Shown: positions 51,053 through 63,925 of the stretch, piece by piece
How positions within the stretch are numbered: position 1 is the stretch's first letter
Layout of the letters: each line of letters starts with the position of its first letter
Source: Octopus bimaculoides
Lineage: Eukaryota
Length of the DNA stretch: 64,000 bases
Direction of reading: 5' to 3'
Assembly: GCF_001194135.2 (NCBI RefSeq)
Contig: NC_068993.1
Span: 57,136,968-57,200,967 of the forward strand
Notes under the pieces: model-generated
Databases searched by the model: none
What the model was told of the DNA's origin: nothing
What the model saw: only the letters and a program-made list of their open reading frames with translations
Program-made: the position numbers and the translations under genes

Positions 51053-51650
51053 ATGGAAATAAATCCTTTGAAATGTGTTGGCCTCTCATGCTATAGTTTA
51101 GATTGAACCAGTGTATTTACTATTTCCACTGCGATAGGTTTATAACTCTTCAGCAGTAATGATCTGATTTAATAATGGGGCTATTCCGTACATAAGTGAA
51201 TAATTATGGTATAAAAGAAAGAGTGCCGATTGATTCTTCGCACTTTTTTTCCCTCCTGACATTTATGTATGATTAACAACGCCCGATGTGTGAAATGCAT
51301 CGTTAAGCGGATAAACTCTATGAAATTACGTACGACGTGTTCTCTGTTGACTAGATATCCAATGAAAATCTGACGTTTATTATGCACCCAGTCGTGCAAA
51401 CGTGTTCTTGGTTTCATCAGCCAGATGCAACAATTTACAGTCATTGCCACTGCAGCTTTAACAACTGTTATCTATTTCGTATCTTTCGATAGATCGCCAT
51501 TCCGTTAACACTTTCTCGTAGCCTAGCACTGCAGGCGATCACATATCAATAGTACAAATTTACCGTGATGCATAGTGCATCTTACGAACATTTCCGTACA
51601 AGGAACTATCATAACGAATTGAAAATAAATATAAACTATAACGCCGTTCA

Positions 51651-52050
51651 TCAAAGGAAACACGTGTAATATTTTGGGTCGCTATGATTGGATATCTCCT
51701 TTATTTACGAATACTGTGTAATTGGGATTTTACCAACAACCATACAACGCTGAGAACTTTGACCATAATGTTTCAAGCTTCACTTCATTTTGAGGAATAT
51801 GAGCAGGAAGTGCTTAACTGAGGTCGGAATGGTTTAAGTACGCTCCTGGCCAGACCCGAGTTAGTTCATTATCTTATCGATAATTTTAAGACGCGAAGTA
51901 GGTTAGCGTCAAAGTAAAAACGTGCAATATTTTGGGGCGATATGATTGGATATGTCCTTTATTTACGAATACTGTGTAATTGGGATTTTACCAACAGTCA
52001 TACAACGCTGAGAACTTTGACCACAATTTATCAAGCTTCACTTCATTTTG
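51651..52050. repeat. 142-bp direct repeat flanking a 116-bp insert
   Basis: 51651-51792 vs 51909-52050, 131/142 identical with no gaps; insert is homologous to 47304-47326 plus 47417-47507. Confidence 0.95.
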
Positions 52051-52249
52051 TTCTGCGATGTTAATATTTTGCTGCTCCTAAAAAAAAAAGAGAGAGAGAG
52101 AATTAGAGTAAATATTCTTGTGTTAAGCTCCCCCCCACTGTTAATTAACAATAAACTAGTGAAGTGTGATATTGGTTTTTGCTATTATACATTATAATTA
52201 TCGTCTGAGTTGTGAAATTATATTCTTATCCCAGTAATTACAGCATAAA

Positions 52250-55200
52250 TAATTCAACGCTTAAAAAAGTATTAAACCTTCAGAAAACAAATAAAGTTAA
52301 ACAAAAAATTTTAAAAAATCATTGCGAAAGAAAAACATGGGAATAAACCTAACACGAATACCCCCTCCGAAAAAAATAAACAAAGTCAAAAAGAAAACAA
52401 GGTTAATATCTAAATACAACACACCAATCCTTAGAACACTAATTGACTAGCAATACAACGGACCAGAATAACACGCAAAAAAGTTATAAATCAATGACAT
52501 TTGAAAAAGATGTAAGATTTCTAAAGACGAGAATTATGAATATGGCAGTAACGTAATGGTGGAAATAATTGAAATCGACTGATTTTCCTTCGGGCTAAGA
52601 AAATCGCGCCTAAGAAACTTAAGCGATAAAATACAACGTTTAATAAAAGAAATAAAAATAAAACATCTGACCATCTTAGACTTGAAGAAAAGTTATAAAT
52701 TATCAATATATGAAGGAGAAATCAAATGATAAATGCTGTTACTAGGTTAGAAAGAATGCAACATTCGTAATGTTTTCGGATTTGTTTCTACAGAAAGATA
52801 ATAATCTATGAAAGCATCATGAAAACCAAAGCCTAAGATGCGGGGAAAACCAGAAAAAAAAAGAATATTTAATGAAATGATTAACAAGCATACACCTCGA
52901 AAATGTGTTAATTCTTAACTGATACATCAATTTAAAATGAACAGTATTCAGTAGAAGAAAACCCCAAACAATCACAATCCAAAAGATGTTCCCAAGAACT
53001 ACGACAACATAGAAATAAATATCTACGCACACAAATAGCAAGGATTTAATTTGGTCTCAGATTACGTTATAAAAAATACTGCGACGGACAAGGATGTTGA
53101 AATAATGTGCAAAATTCAAGACAAGTGGTAAACCAAACATCCAACTGGAAAGCACAAGGATATTTTATAATCTAAAACGTCTTGCTAAAATTATTAAGAG
53201 GTGATGTAAAATTCTGACTAATATATTTCATAAATTTAATCAATAATCAGAAACATTTTCTGTATCATTCATTGAAAAAAAAAAGCACATGATTAGAGAA
53301 AGAGACCCCAAAAAACTACGGATGGAATTAACATTCCTTCGCCTACAACTAACAAAACCTTAAATATGATAAAAAAGAAAAAAAACGTATATAAACACCA
53401 GAGAAATGTAACTAATTTACAGAAGAGTACAAAGGATGTAAGTAAAAGGACAAATTAATGAGGACAAATGAATGAGGACAAATTAATGATCAAAAACGTA
53501 TAATGGAAGATCATGAGAGAGCAAAGTCTGAAAGTGATATTGTCTAATTACGACAGCATTAGTGCATGAGGTTCATGAAAACACTATCTGGCAGTAATGG
53601 CATCCTGTAATAAGCGGGAGCATTAAACATGTCAGTATTCTGCAGATGCAAACACAATATAAAACCTAAACCCGTCTCTATTAGGTGTGTAGTATTGAAA
53701 GGAAACTACCGCTTTGCATTCGTTGTTTCCTAAAGCTAAATTTCTCGGCTAATATGGTAAAAAGAGTGTTTAAACATATATAAAAAAAATATACTTTGAT
53801 ATTGTTTTCTACTCTAGGCAAAAGGCCCGAAATCTTTTGGGGGAGGGGGCCAGTCGATTAGATCGACCTCACTACGCGACTGGTACTTAATTTATCGACT
53901 CCGAAAGGACGATTGGTAAAGTCGACTTCAGCGGAATTTGAACTCAGAAAGTAAAGACAAACAAAATACTGCTAAGCATTTCGCCCGACGTGCTATAAAG
54001 AATTACACGTTGATATGTGAATGATTTCAAGTTGTCGTCTGCAGACCATAAACAACTAGAGACACTGCAACAGACAATACACGGTTTACACTGACTCCAT
54101 GTTAACTGACACGGGATTTCGCTAAGGAAACTTGGACAAGAAACTTAAAAAATAACAGCTCACTAACTGCACTGATACCATACTAAATAGAAACGAAACA
54201 TAAACAAGTCAGTAAAATTAGTGACTTAAGACAAGATTTAGTGAAACAGTCAGAGTTAACACCTCTACTCGGTTATATAGGAAAAGTTTGAGAACGAATA
54301 TTATAGACACATTATACCAATGCTAAATTGAATTAGATACAAAACAAGGTAATAGGTATAGAAATTCAAGCTTTCCCAGTAATAAATATAAGTTATAATC
54401 TTCTAAACAGTCGTTAAATGAACTAGCTAGACTAGACGAGTGAAAAATACATGAAAATGATGACTGTATTTATATGAAATAATTCAAATATGACACAAAA
54501 ATATATTTGCTATGAATACATTGGGGCAGTGTTTTATGGAAGTAGAAAGCTATTATATAATATGGAGGATACGTGTACCTAGAAAAATATCTCGTAAAGA
54601 ATAACGGAAAACTAATACAAATGTCTACAAAGCACAAGCAAAAATTGTTTTCTGTTTTCAAGGAAGCTGGAAATAGAAGACAAAAGTTGGAGCGACCAGG
54701 AGTTAGAATATGTGTGTGTGGGCGGAGGTAATAACTGATTTTATGCGAAACGAAAAACTAATGTAAAGCTTGAAGCTGTAGAATGTGTAAAAATAATAGC
54801 AAGAAAATCCCTGACAAGACCTGAAAGAGATTAAAAAACACTCCTCAGAGTAGGCTTAGAAGCACGGGACTCGAAGCTGAGATGAAGGGATTTTTTATTG
54901 TGATACAGAATTGGATTTTCCGCACTATTGAAATTATGTCAGCGTTAGCAAATATCAACTGAAAAGCGTTGGTATAAAGTATATTAGAAAAGATTTTAGA
55001 GAATGTCAAAGAGAGCATATTCTGACATTAAGTCAATAATTCATAGAGGCAACATATCGACAGTTTATTGTTTTCAAGGACTTGTAGGAAAAGAAGTACG
55101 CCTTCATGGAAGTATCACTCCCACGTTATTATAATGTATCTCCACACGAAATGGAAAAGCCATGTTAGTGAAAAGATCTTTAGGTAGGGATTATTCAAAT

Positions 55201-55390
55201 GTGGTCAATGAATATAGAAAAATCTCTATAATAAGATTGAGAAAGTATTGAGAAATTAAGAATGTGTTATCAAGATGCAGAGGATAACAAGCGAAAATCC
55301 ATGTGTTGCTCATGCATAGCATACAAGGAGAAAACATAGCACTAGTAAGTGTTGCAGATATATTTCGTAGAGTACTTCCAGTGCAAAATA
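52250..55390 (+). pseudogene. Decayed R4/Dong-like (restriction-endonuclease-type) non-LTR retrotransposon, interrupted by a SINE
   Basis: Ordered motifs: SNWKAQG (53140), DPK(N)Y, EEYKGCK..DKLMIK (53422), NKVIGIEIQAFPVINISYNLLN (54343), QSRLRSTGLEAEMKGFFIVIQNW (54846; cf. WLRxxGLKAETEGFIIAAQD), SVADIFRRVLP (55348; cf. AHILRRVLS). The 5' boundary is uncertain. Confidence 0.7.
53799..53995 (-). mobile_element. SINE family B inserted into the R4/Dong relic
   Basis: ttctactctaggcaaaaggcccgaaat...cagtcgattagatcgacc...gcggaatttgaactcagaa...gctaagcatttcgcccg. Confidence 0.9.
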
Positions 55391-55519
55391 ATTCACAAGA
55401 AACAACAAAACATCTGAGTCTTCAGCAAAAGTACACAGCAGGGATTAAGACTACGAATCACTAGTAACATTTTTTCGTATAGTCAAGCAAATTTATAGAG
55501 ATGCTCAGGGTTAATCAAC

Positions 55520-55640
55520 TACAACGTAAGGATAGAAAGTGAAGTCGAACGCTGTGGAATTTGAACACAGAACGAGATAAGTGGCAAAGTGCAGCCCAGT
55601 ATTCTGCCCGGATTGCTAACGATTGTGCCAGACCATCTCC
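55520..55640 (-). mobile_element. SINE family B, 5' half, decayed
   Basis: gtcgaacgctgtggaatttgaacacagaacg...gctaacgattgtgccag. Confidence 0.6.
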
Positions 55641-56261
55641 ACGTAATTAAAAATAAAACTTATAATATAGTATTCACAATGTATCGTTTCAATGCTATGT
55701 CAGACAGCAAAATATATCCATAGATTTTTGCCAATTCTGTATGCAATAAGCAGATATAAATACTTAGTCTTTATAGTATATAAATATTTAATAACAAGTT
55801 TTTGGCTAAAATCATTAATTACATTTTGTACTAAAACGTAAATTAATAATTGTTTCTAACTTTGCTACAAAGTCGCACATCTTTGAAGGAAATTGTTTTG
55901 CAGACTCCTTTGACGCTTGTTCGTGATTTGATATTTAATATTTTTTTAAAACCTGAAATCCTAGCAAGGCTCAAAGTTCCTGATTAGGTTTTGAACTCAA
56001 AACACAAAGGGGCAATTAATGATTTCTTCTGAAAAAAAAAAGAAGGAAAATATTCGCGACAACATAAGATAATGAACTACTCCTGTTTTTTAAAAAAATT
56101 TTTTTTTACCGTTTCTCTCAAAAATGTTTGTCTAATCAATAGAGAGCATGATTACACTTTGAAGATTTTGTGTCCTGTAATAAAACTTAACCGCCAGTTA
56201 AAAAAAATATAAATTACATTGCATTTGTTGTTTTGTGACTGCTGATGTCGATGCTGATGAT

Positions 56262-56345
56262 GGTAGTGATGATAGTGGTGATGATGATGATGATGATGAG
56301 GATAATGATGATGTCGATGATGATGAATATACTGAGGATGATGTT
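56262..56345. repeat. (GAT)n imperfect microsatellite
   Basis: Seen directly. Confidence 0.9.
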
Positions 56346-57044
56346 GATACCGTTTGTGGCTTTTTTGTTTGACGAAAAAGAAAATATCTGCCTGTGTAAT
56401 AAAGTCGGGCTTGTAATAAAGAAGCTGTCGCAGTCTCTGACACATACATGCACACATATTCTCTCTCTATCTCTCTCTCACTTTCTCTCTCTCCCTTTCT
56501 CCCACTCTCCGGTTCTCACTGACTCTATATCTGTTTGTACCTTTCTTTTCCTATGTCTTCTTTTTCTATCACACTTACTCTCACTTTCTCCTTCCGTGTC
56601 TCATTCTTCGTCTCACTTTATCCTGTTTCTTTTACTGTATCTCTCTTACTCTTTCTCTGTCTCTCTCTCACTCCTGCTTAATTAAATCAGACGAGCTGTT
56701 TGAAAAGGTCTTGTTTGCTTAAGAAGAGGAATTAAACAAGTAAAGAAAATAATTTAAAAAGACAACAAAACAGAATATAAAGAAAAGAAAAAGTAATTTC
56801 GGTGCTGAAACATGGAAATAGATGGAGTTTCTAGACAGTTTAGTAATCTGGTTATCGATCTTGAAGCATCCACGCATGCGCAAACTCCTCTGTTTTCATC
56901 ATTAGAGACGTCAACCTTAACGAAAAGAGAAATCTTCCTATATAAGTGACACGGTTGACAGTTGAGAGCGTGTTATCATTTGTCACACACCTTATTGTCT
57001 CTAGCTTTTTGTTTAAACACGCACACACTCGTGTATATTCAGAA

Positions 57045-57082
<38 letters not shown>

Positions 57083-57092
57083 NNNNNNNNNN

Positions 57093-57128
<36 letters not shown>

Positions 57129-57871
57129 CATATATATCTGTGCGTCTACTCATATTTATGCATGCATGTATTTATATACTGAGAGGTGTGTGTGTACATA
57201 TATATTGTAATAAGACACGTACTAACCTCACAGAGCACATCATAATTAATATTAGTGAGTTATTTTTCTCAAAAGTACGCATCAAATGTTTATGTTACTA
57301 ATTATTTGCGATTAAAATCTACAGAGAGGAAGACTGAAATGGAATATTCAATTTCTAATACACGACATGAAGTAAATATGCGGAATCATATCCCGTCCTG
57401 ACTCCAGTGCAAAACGATGTTGTGTTTCGTGAGACATAACTCTCATCAGGTGACGTATAAAAAAACAGATTACTTGTGTGATCGGCTGTCAGTAACTGGT
57501 GAGTACCGAAAATGTGGTACTTTTAAATTGAAAAGTTTGAATATATACACTTGTAAAATATAATTCCAAATGCTGAGTGAGAAATTGTGTCACGAGGCAT
57601 TCGGTAATAACATACATACGTTGTTAATTCGGTATTTCATAAACATGTCGTAGCAAGTATATCTTTAACTAATCTTCATTCTATTTAAGAATTATTGCAG
57701 ACTGTGATGTTAGCATAACCGGAAAGAACCAGTGTCTGGTATCCCATTATCTACATAATGCAATGTTGCGAAAAATATATTTCATCAGACAGCGTATAAC
57801 ATCGTAACCTTCCAGAACGTTACAAAAAAAGATATGTCTCGCTCAAAATTGTTTACATCAAGAGTTCATAT

Positions 57872-58075
57872 GAGTGGCAGTGTGGTAAGTAGCATGTTTA
57901 CGATCCATATGGCTCTGGGTTCAGTCCCACTGCGTGGTACCTTAGGGAAGTGTCTTCTACTATAGCCTCGGCCCGACTAAAGCCTTGTGAGTGGATTTGG
58001 TAAACGGAAACTGAAAGATGTAGGTATGTATATGTGTGTTTATATGTTTCTGTGTCTGTGTTTGTCCCCCTTTCA
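57872..58075 (+). mobile_element. tRNA-derived SINE family C, 5' part
   Basis: A-box-like TGGCAGTGTGGTAAG and B-box-like GGGTTCAGTCCC; gtcttctactatagcctcgg...ccttgtgagtggatttggta..gtgtttgtcccc. Confidence 0.85.
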
Positions 58076-58166
58076 TTCATACACTTTTTCTTATTATTAT
58101 CTCCTTTTCAACCTCTTTTATTCTACGAGTTAGTTTCATTCTCTCTCTGTCTATTTTCTTTTATTC

Positions 58167-58202
58167 CTTTCTGTTGAAGAGCGTAGGCTAGAAACGTGAA
58201 AG
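58167..58202 (+). ncRNA. Degenerate Penelope-type hammerhead ribozyme (inactive-looking)
   Basis: CTTT CTGTTGA A GAGC GTAG GCTA GAAA CGT G AAAG: stem I CTTT/AAAG, stem II GAGC/GCT(A), palindromic ACGT; A6>T and G at the cleavage position. Confidence 0.55.
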
Positions 58203-60229
58203 ACTTTTTCACATTCCCAGCCATCAAACTAATACACCTGCTTGTTGTTCATAGACCTGTCTTCGTCTTTCGTTTTTCTATAAATTTGAANNNNNNNNNN
58301 NNNNNNNNNNNNNNNNNNNNNNNNNNNNNNNNNNNNNNNNNNNNNNNNNNTATATATATATAAATGTATTGTAGCTTGTAGTTGTGATATATTAATGAGT
58401 ATGCAGAGTTTTAATTTTAACTTTTGAACGATGAAATAATGTATTTCACTCATAAAAATGTTAGTTAAATTAATTTCAATGTTATTTGTTATATTTTGGA
58501 GAGATTTATATAAAGCTTTAACTTTCATTATAGTCGTATCTATGGAAGACTGGTGGGATTATTATTTGTATGGACTTAAAGATTGGTCACAATTTAGCAG
58601 ATAATTTAGTTATTGCAGTTTACTATTAGTACCGATACAACGTACATTGGTTTATATGTTTCTTTGTTGTAGTTGTTTAATCCTGCGTATTTATTGGTTC
58701 ATTGAAATAATGTAGTTATTAAGCTTTTACTTTTATATTATTCTACGGAAGACAGTAGGGATTATAATTTTTGTATGACTTGATAGATCTGTCGCTGTTT
58801 TGTTACGTATTCAGGAGTGGTTGTAAGTTACTTCTTGAAATTATTTATCGATAAAGTTGCACATAGGGTAAATGTGCTCGAAAGTTGTGGATTCGTTGGT
58901 TTGTTTGTTCCCAAACAACACCTTATGTTAGTGCTGCTACACCGTTTTCGCAGATTCTTTTCGTAGTTTCTGTTGTCGTTGTTGTTCTTCTTCATGATGA
59001 AGAAAATCATTTGGAAGCATCAACAACATTTCTATTCTATTGTACTCAAGCATTAATCTACTCACGTCACCGCAATGTTATTGTCTTTTTGTAGCTTTGA
59101 CTCCTTATCTCATACTACACACATTCTCGTTCATCACGTTAATTTGTTTACTGGAATTCTACATTCTCTTTTATTAGTGGTCGTAATATACTGGATACAT
59201 TTTAATTCAACATCAGCGCCAATTATGTACGCTCTTTCATTCTTATTCTTCTCTTCATCTCTTCTTTCCTAATCCACTACCTTTATATTCTTGATCTCTT
59301 GTGAACTTTCTCTACTATATCTTCAACTTGCGTAACCTCCTCCGTGTTATACAGTGTGACCGTAAAGTCTTCTTCATCTTTTCTATAGCTGCCTCTGTCT
59401 CTATGAAATCCTCTTCACTAAAACGTTGTACTCCTCATTATTAAAACCCTCCCCGGTCGATGCCTTCACCACTATTACCGATGCGACCTTTTCTCTACTT
59501 CTATCGTCTCCTCACGCATAAAAAGAGCAATAAACTCAGCTCAAACCTCTCATTTTTCCATCAAACATACACATCCTTCTCATATCTCAAGCAATTATTA
59601 CCGCCTCCATCGCTTGTGAGTCGCCCTAAAGCAGCTTTACAGTCATCCTGAACGTCGATTTGTTCTCATCACCAAAGTAGGCAAAAAGTAAGCCGTTCTG
59701 TTTCTGTTGATCGCGGATGTCTACAAGCCTGAAACCCTGTCACAACCTTGCAACGTGGATTTCTTTCCATCACTTTTTACCGCCCAGCTTCATTTCAGTC
59801 TTACGGTCTTTGTCTCTTACTTTTTCTTTCGCCCTGTTTTGTTTTCTAGCTCTTCGCATTTCCCTTCAAATAATCACATGAAATCGTTACGGACGGGCTA
59901 CGTAACGGAAGAACGAACAGACTTATTATAAGATTAGTCTCATGCTCAGCAATTCTGAGAAAGTAAGCCGATTCTAACAAGCCTCTACTTGGATATTACT
60001 TCATTTAATGAAGATCGAAAAGAGTAAAGCCAAACTCAGCACATAAATAGACTAAAAAATGCATATCTGTTTTTTTTTTGCAACTGCAACGATTCTGCTA
60101 GATCCCTACCTTCATATTAATACAAATATAGAACAAAAATGTAACAAACCTGTGTAAGTATTTCTATATTATATTATATATAATATTTATTTATATTATA
60201 TATAATATTTATTTATATTATATTGAGAG

Positions 60230-60390
60230 AAGTGGGTTGTCGACTGGTACTTATTTTATCGACCCCTGAAAAGATGCAAGATAAATTAGACCCCGGTGGA
60301 ATTTAAAATAAGAACGTAATGAGTTGGAAGAAGTAACTACCGCAAGGCATGTTGTCCGACATTTTCAATGTTCTATTTGCCTGCCACGAT
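60230..60390 (-). mobile_element. SINE family B
   Basis: ctggtacttattttatcgacccc...gaccccggtggaattt...gcaaggcatgttgtccg. Confidence 0.7.
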
Positions 60391-60883
60391 TTTAACAATA
60401 AATATATTGATAAAAATAATAAGCGGAAAATATATAAATAATAAAAAATGATAGTGTTCGTAGTAATGTGGATAGATAGAAATTCATTTGAAAATAAAGA
60501 TTAGGTTGAAGCCGGAGAATTTCATGGGAAATTTAATTAACTCAAGCCAAATAAAAAGACATCTGAAAACGAAAATTAGATAAAATAATACGTAAAGTCA
60601 ATGTGATGGGAAATTACAAACACAGAAGTGTTAATTGCTAAGCAGAAGTAGATACTTACGAAAGAAAGATAGAAGTTAACAATAAAAAGTGGAATAACGA
60701 AAGATTCTTGAGGGAGACCCGTGAGAATAAAATTATCAGCTAATATAGCCGTGGAGTTCACACTTACAGAAGTTGCTCAAAAAATAATATACGCAAATAC
60801 ATATCTACATACATACAAAAATACATGCATACATACACGCAAATATCATTGTATGTATGTTTGAATTTATGTGTGTATGTATG

Positions 60884-60927
<44 letters not shown>

Positions 60928-61195
60928 GTGAATATCAAACTCTGGGCAGAAGTGTTGGCACTTGCTATTCTTTAAGTGTATGGAGAAAACATGACCCAAA
61001 TTAGTAAAGGATCCGATCTTGATTGTTCAGACATGTTCTTTATATAAAAATACAGAAATACGTTCTATAAAATTTCTGAGGTGCAGATTCGAGAGTAGTT
61101 GAATAAAATATAAATGAATAACAAAGATGTACAGGTGCCAATTCATTACAGCCGTTTGAAGCGACTCCTTTAATTGATTAATGAGAACATTACAA

Positions 61196-61264
61196 CGTCA
61201 TCATCATCACCATCACCATCATCGGCTTCATTATAATCATCACCATCACCATCATCTTCATTAT

Positions 61265-61311
<47 letters not shown>

Positions 61312-61363
61312 CCATCTTCACGATCACCATCATCATCATCATCAACTTCATTATAATCATCAC

Positions 61364-61394
<31 letters not shown>

Positions 61395-61411
61395 GTCATC
61401 TTCACCATCAC

Positions 61412-61449
<38 letters not shown>

Positions 61450-61465
61450 CCATCTTCACCATCAC

Positions 61466-61497
<32 letters not shown>

Positions 61498-61575
61498 ACT
61501 TCATTATAATCATCACCATCATCGTCATCATCATCATCGTCACCTTCGTCATCATTATCAACTTCGTCATCGTCG
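61196..61575. repeat. Compound (CAT)/(CAC) microsatellite with recurring TTCATTATAATCATCA blocks
   Basis: Seen directly; gives His-, Met- and Asp-rich ORFs in different frames. Confidence 0.95.
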
Positions 61576-62019
61576 TTATGGCTTATGTCACTCAAATGCT
61601 GCTGTTGTTAATGTTGCTGATGTCGTTATATGGAGAGATTACGAAAAACTCGATGCCTAATTCCCAATAAACTGTCAGGAATTTAAGCTGGCAGCAAATA
61701 TGGTTTTACAATATTGACGTCATTTAGTGTGTATGTCTGTTCTGCACTTAGATCTTATGCACTTATCATGGTGCAATAGCTATGATAATTGCAGCAGCAA
61801 CAACTGCAGCAGTACTTCCACCCCCCACCACTAAAACAATATCACCACTATCATCTGCACAACCGCAACAACATCGTCAACGAACACCACAACAATAATA
61901 ACAGCAACAATAAAAAGCCGGATTATATGTGTATCAGCAGTAATGCTCAGAAAAAGAAACGATAATTTATAATAACGTAAATTATGATGATAAATACAAC
62001 AAACAACAACAGTATTAAC

Positions 62020-62053
<34 letters not shown>

Positions 62054-62094
62054 TTGATGGTGATGATGATGATAATAATAAAAATAATACTTTC

Positions 62095-62305
62095 TTATAA
62101 AAGCACAAGGCCTGAAATTTTGGGGGACGGGACTACTCGATTACATCGACCCTAATACTAAACTGGTATTTAATTTATCGATCGCAAAAAGATGAAAAGC
62201 AAAGTTGACTACGGCGGAATTTGAACTCAGAGCGTAAAAATCGGACGAAATGCAGCTAAACATTTTGTTCGGTGTGCTCAAAATTCTGCCAGCTTGTTAC
62301 CTTAG
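62095..62305 (-). mobile_element. SINE family B, full length
   Basis: gcacaaggcctgaaattttggg...cgattacatcgacc...gcggaatttgaactcagag...ttctgccagctt. Confidence 0.85.
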
Positions 62306-63171
62306 TAAGAATAATAGTAGTAATAATAATAATACATCGACCACCGGCGGAGGTAATCATAATAAACGATGAAGGGAATCAAGATTATTCATGTTGCCAT
62401 ACCTGTGGATGTACGACTCGGTGACATAAAAGTGGAAAAGTTTCAGAAATAACATTGAAAAATGAGATTGTACGAATGTTGGAGATGAAGAAGGCAACTG
62501 TCATTACATTGGAAACATTGTATATTATATATTTGTATATCATACCCACGCATAGAGACATATGTATCCACCCATTTGCATATGTTTATATATAGTTATA
62601 AATGATTTTTTACGTGCTATCTAAGCGCGACAAATATGCAGATGCATCAGTAGACAATGTCGAATGGAACATTGTAAATTCATCGAAACATCAACACGGC
62701 GATAGGCCCAAAACGTCATTTACGTAAACAAGAAGTACTTGGAAATTTTAGTGCAAGTCAAAGTCATTTAAAAAGAAAAACAAGCACAAAATCATTTAGG
62801 CTCTAATCATAAAGCATTAGGAATTTATTGTGCTTATAATTATTTTTACAATTGTAAATGATACCGTCTCTATATAATATATTGTCTCTGTAATATATTA
62901 CATTACAATTTCAGACATATAAACAGATAAATATACATATGCAAATATATTTCTCTAAAGCTGCTTATATATGCTAATAACAGTAATAATATATTTATTT
63001 TGTTATAAATTGAAAATATATTGAATACATTCAGCATATTATACTTTGCTTGATTATTTTTAATAATCTTTCTCATTTATATTGGTTTCTACTAAGTATT
63101 CTTGGATAACATTAGCAGCAAGTTACATGCATATACATTTGTGTACATCAAACTGTCTAATATCTCTAATT

Positions 63172-63362
63172 AAGGTGGGCGAAGCAGGCAGAATCATTTG
63201 TATGCAGGTGAAAGTGCTGAACGGCATTTCGTCCGTGGTCGACATTGCCTTTCATCTCCTCGCTGGTCAATAAGATAAATATCAGTTAATCACTGGGTTC
63301 GATGTAACTGATTTACGCCTCACTCACTAAATTGCTGGTATTGTGCTAAACTATGAAGCCAA
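63172..63362 (+). mobile_element. SINE family B
   Basis: aaggtgggcgaagcaggcagaatc...gcatttcgtccgtggtcgacattgcctttcatc; internal deletion. Confidence 0.75.
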
Positions 63363-63384
63363 TATCTATTTACGCATTTGCGCG

Positions 63385-63600
63385 GCGAACTGGCGGAATC
63401 GAGAACAAGACGGGCAAAATGCTGGACGGCATTACGTCAGCCTTTACGTCCTGAATTCGAATTCCGCCGAGGTCGACATTGCCTTTCATCGTTCCGGCGT
63501 CGATAAAATAAGTACCAGTTACGCAATGGGGGCCATGTAATTGACTAATCTCCCCTCCTCCCCATTCTCAGTCCTGGTGCCTATAACAGAAAGGATTAGC
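63385..63600 (+). mobile_element. SINE family B, full length
   Basis: ggcgaactggcggaatcg...aattccgccgaggtcgacattgcctttcatc...gtcgataaaataagtaccagtt...gtgcctataacagaaaggatt. Confidence 0.9.
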
Positions 63601-63639
63601 ATTATACATGTCTTTCTGGCCAAACTCGAAAACAAAAGC

Positions 63640-63691
63640 AACACAACTACTACTACAACAACTATTACTATTACTACTATTACTGCTGCTG

Positions 63692-63751
<60 letters not shown>

Positions 63752-63792
63752 GCACCACCACCACCACCACCACTACTACTACTACTACAACA

Positions 63793-63854
<62 letters not shown>

Positions 63855-63925
63855 CATCACCGCCACCACCTACATCGCTACCAGTACTATCACCACCGCT
63901 ACTTGTACAACTACTAGTATAACAG
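63640..63925. repeat. Compound (CTA)/(CCA) microsatellite
   Basis: Seen directly. Confidence 0.95.

Noticed and set aside
57424-57452. Minus-strand CTGATGA-GAG-TTATGT-CTC-AC-GAAAC hammerhead-like motif
   Set aside because: Two extra nucleotides before GAAA, and no convincing stem I, stem III or cleavage triplet.
59340-59660. Possible LINE endonuclease remnant
   Set aside because: Only vague similarity; no intact GDFN or other diagnostic motif.
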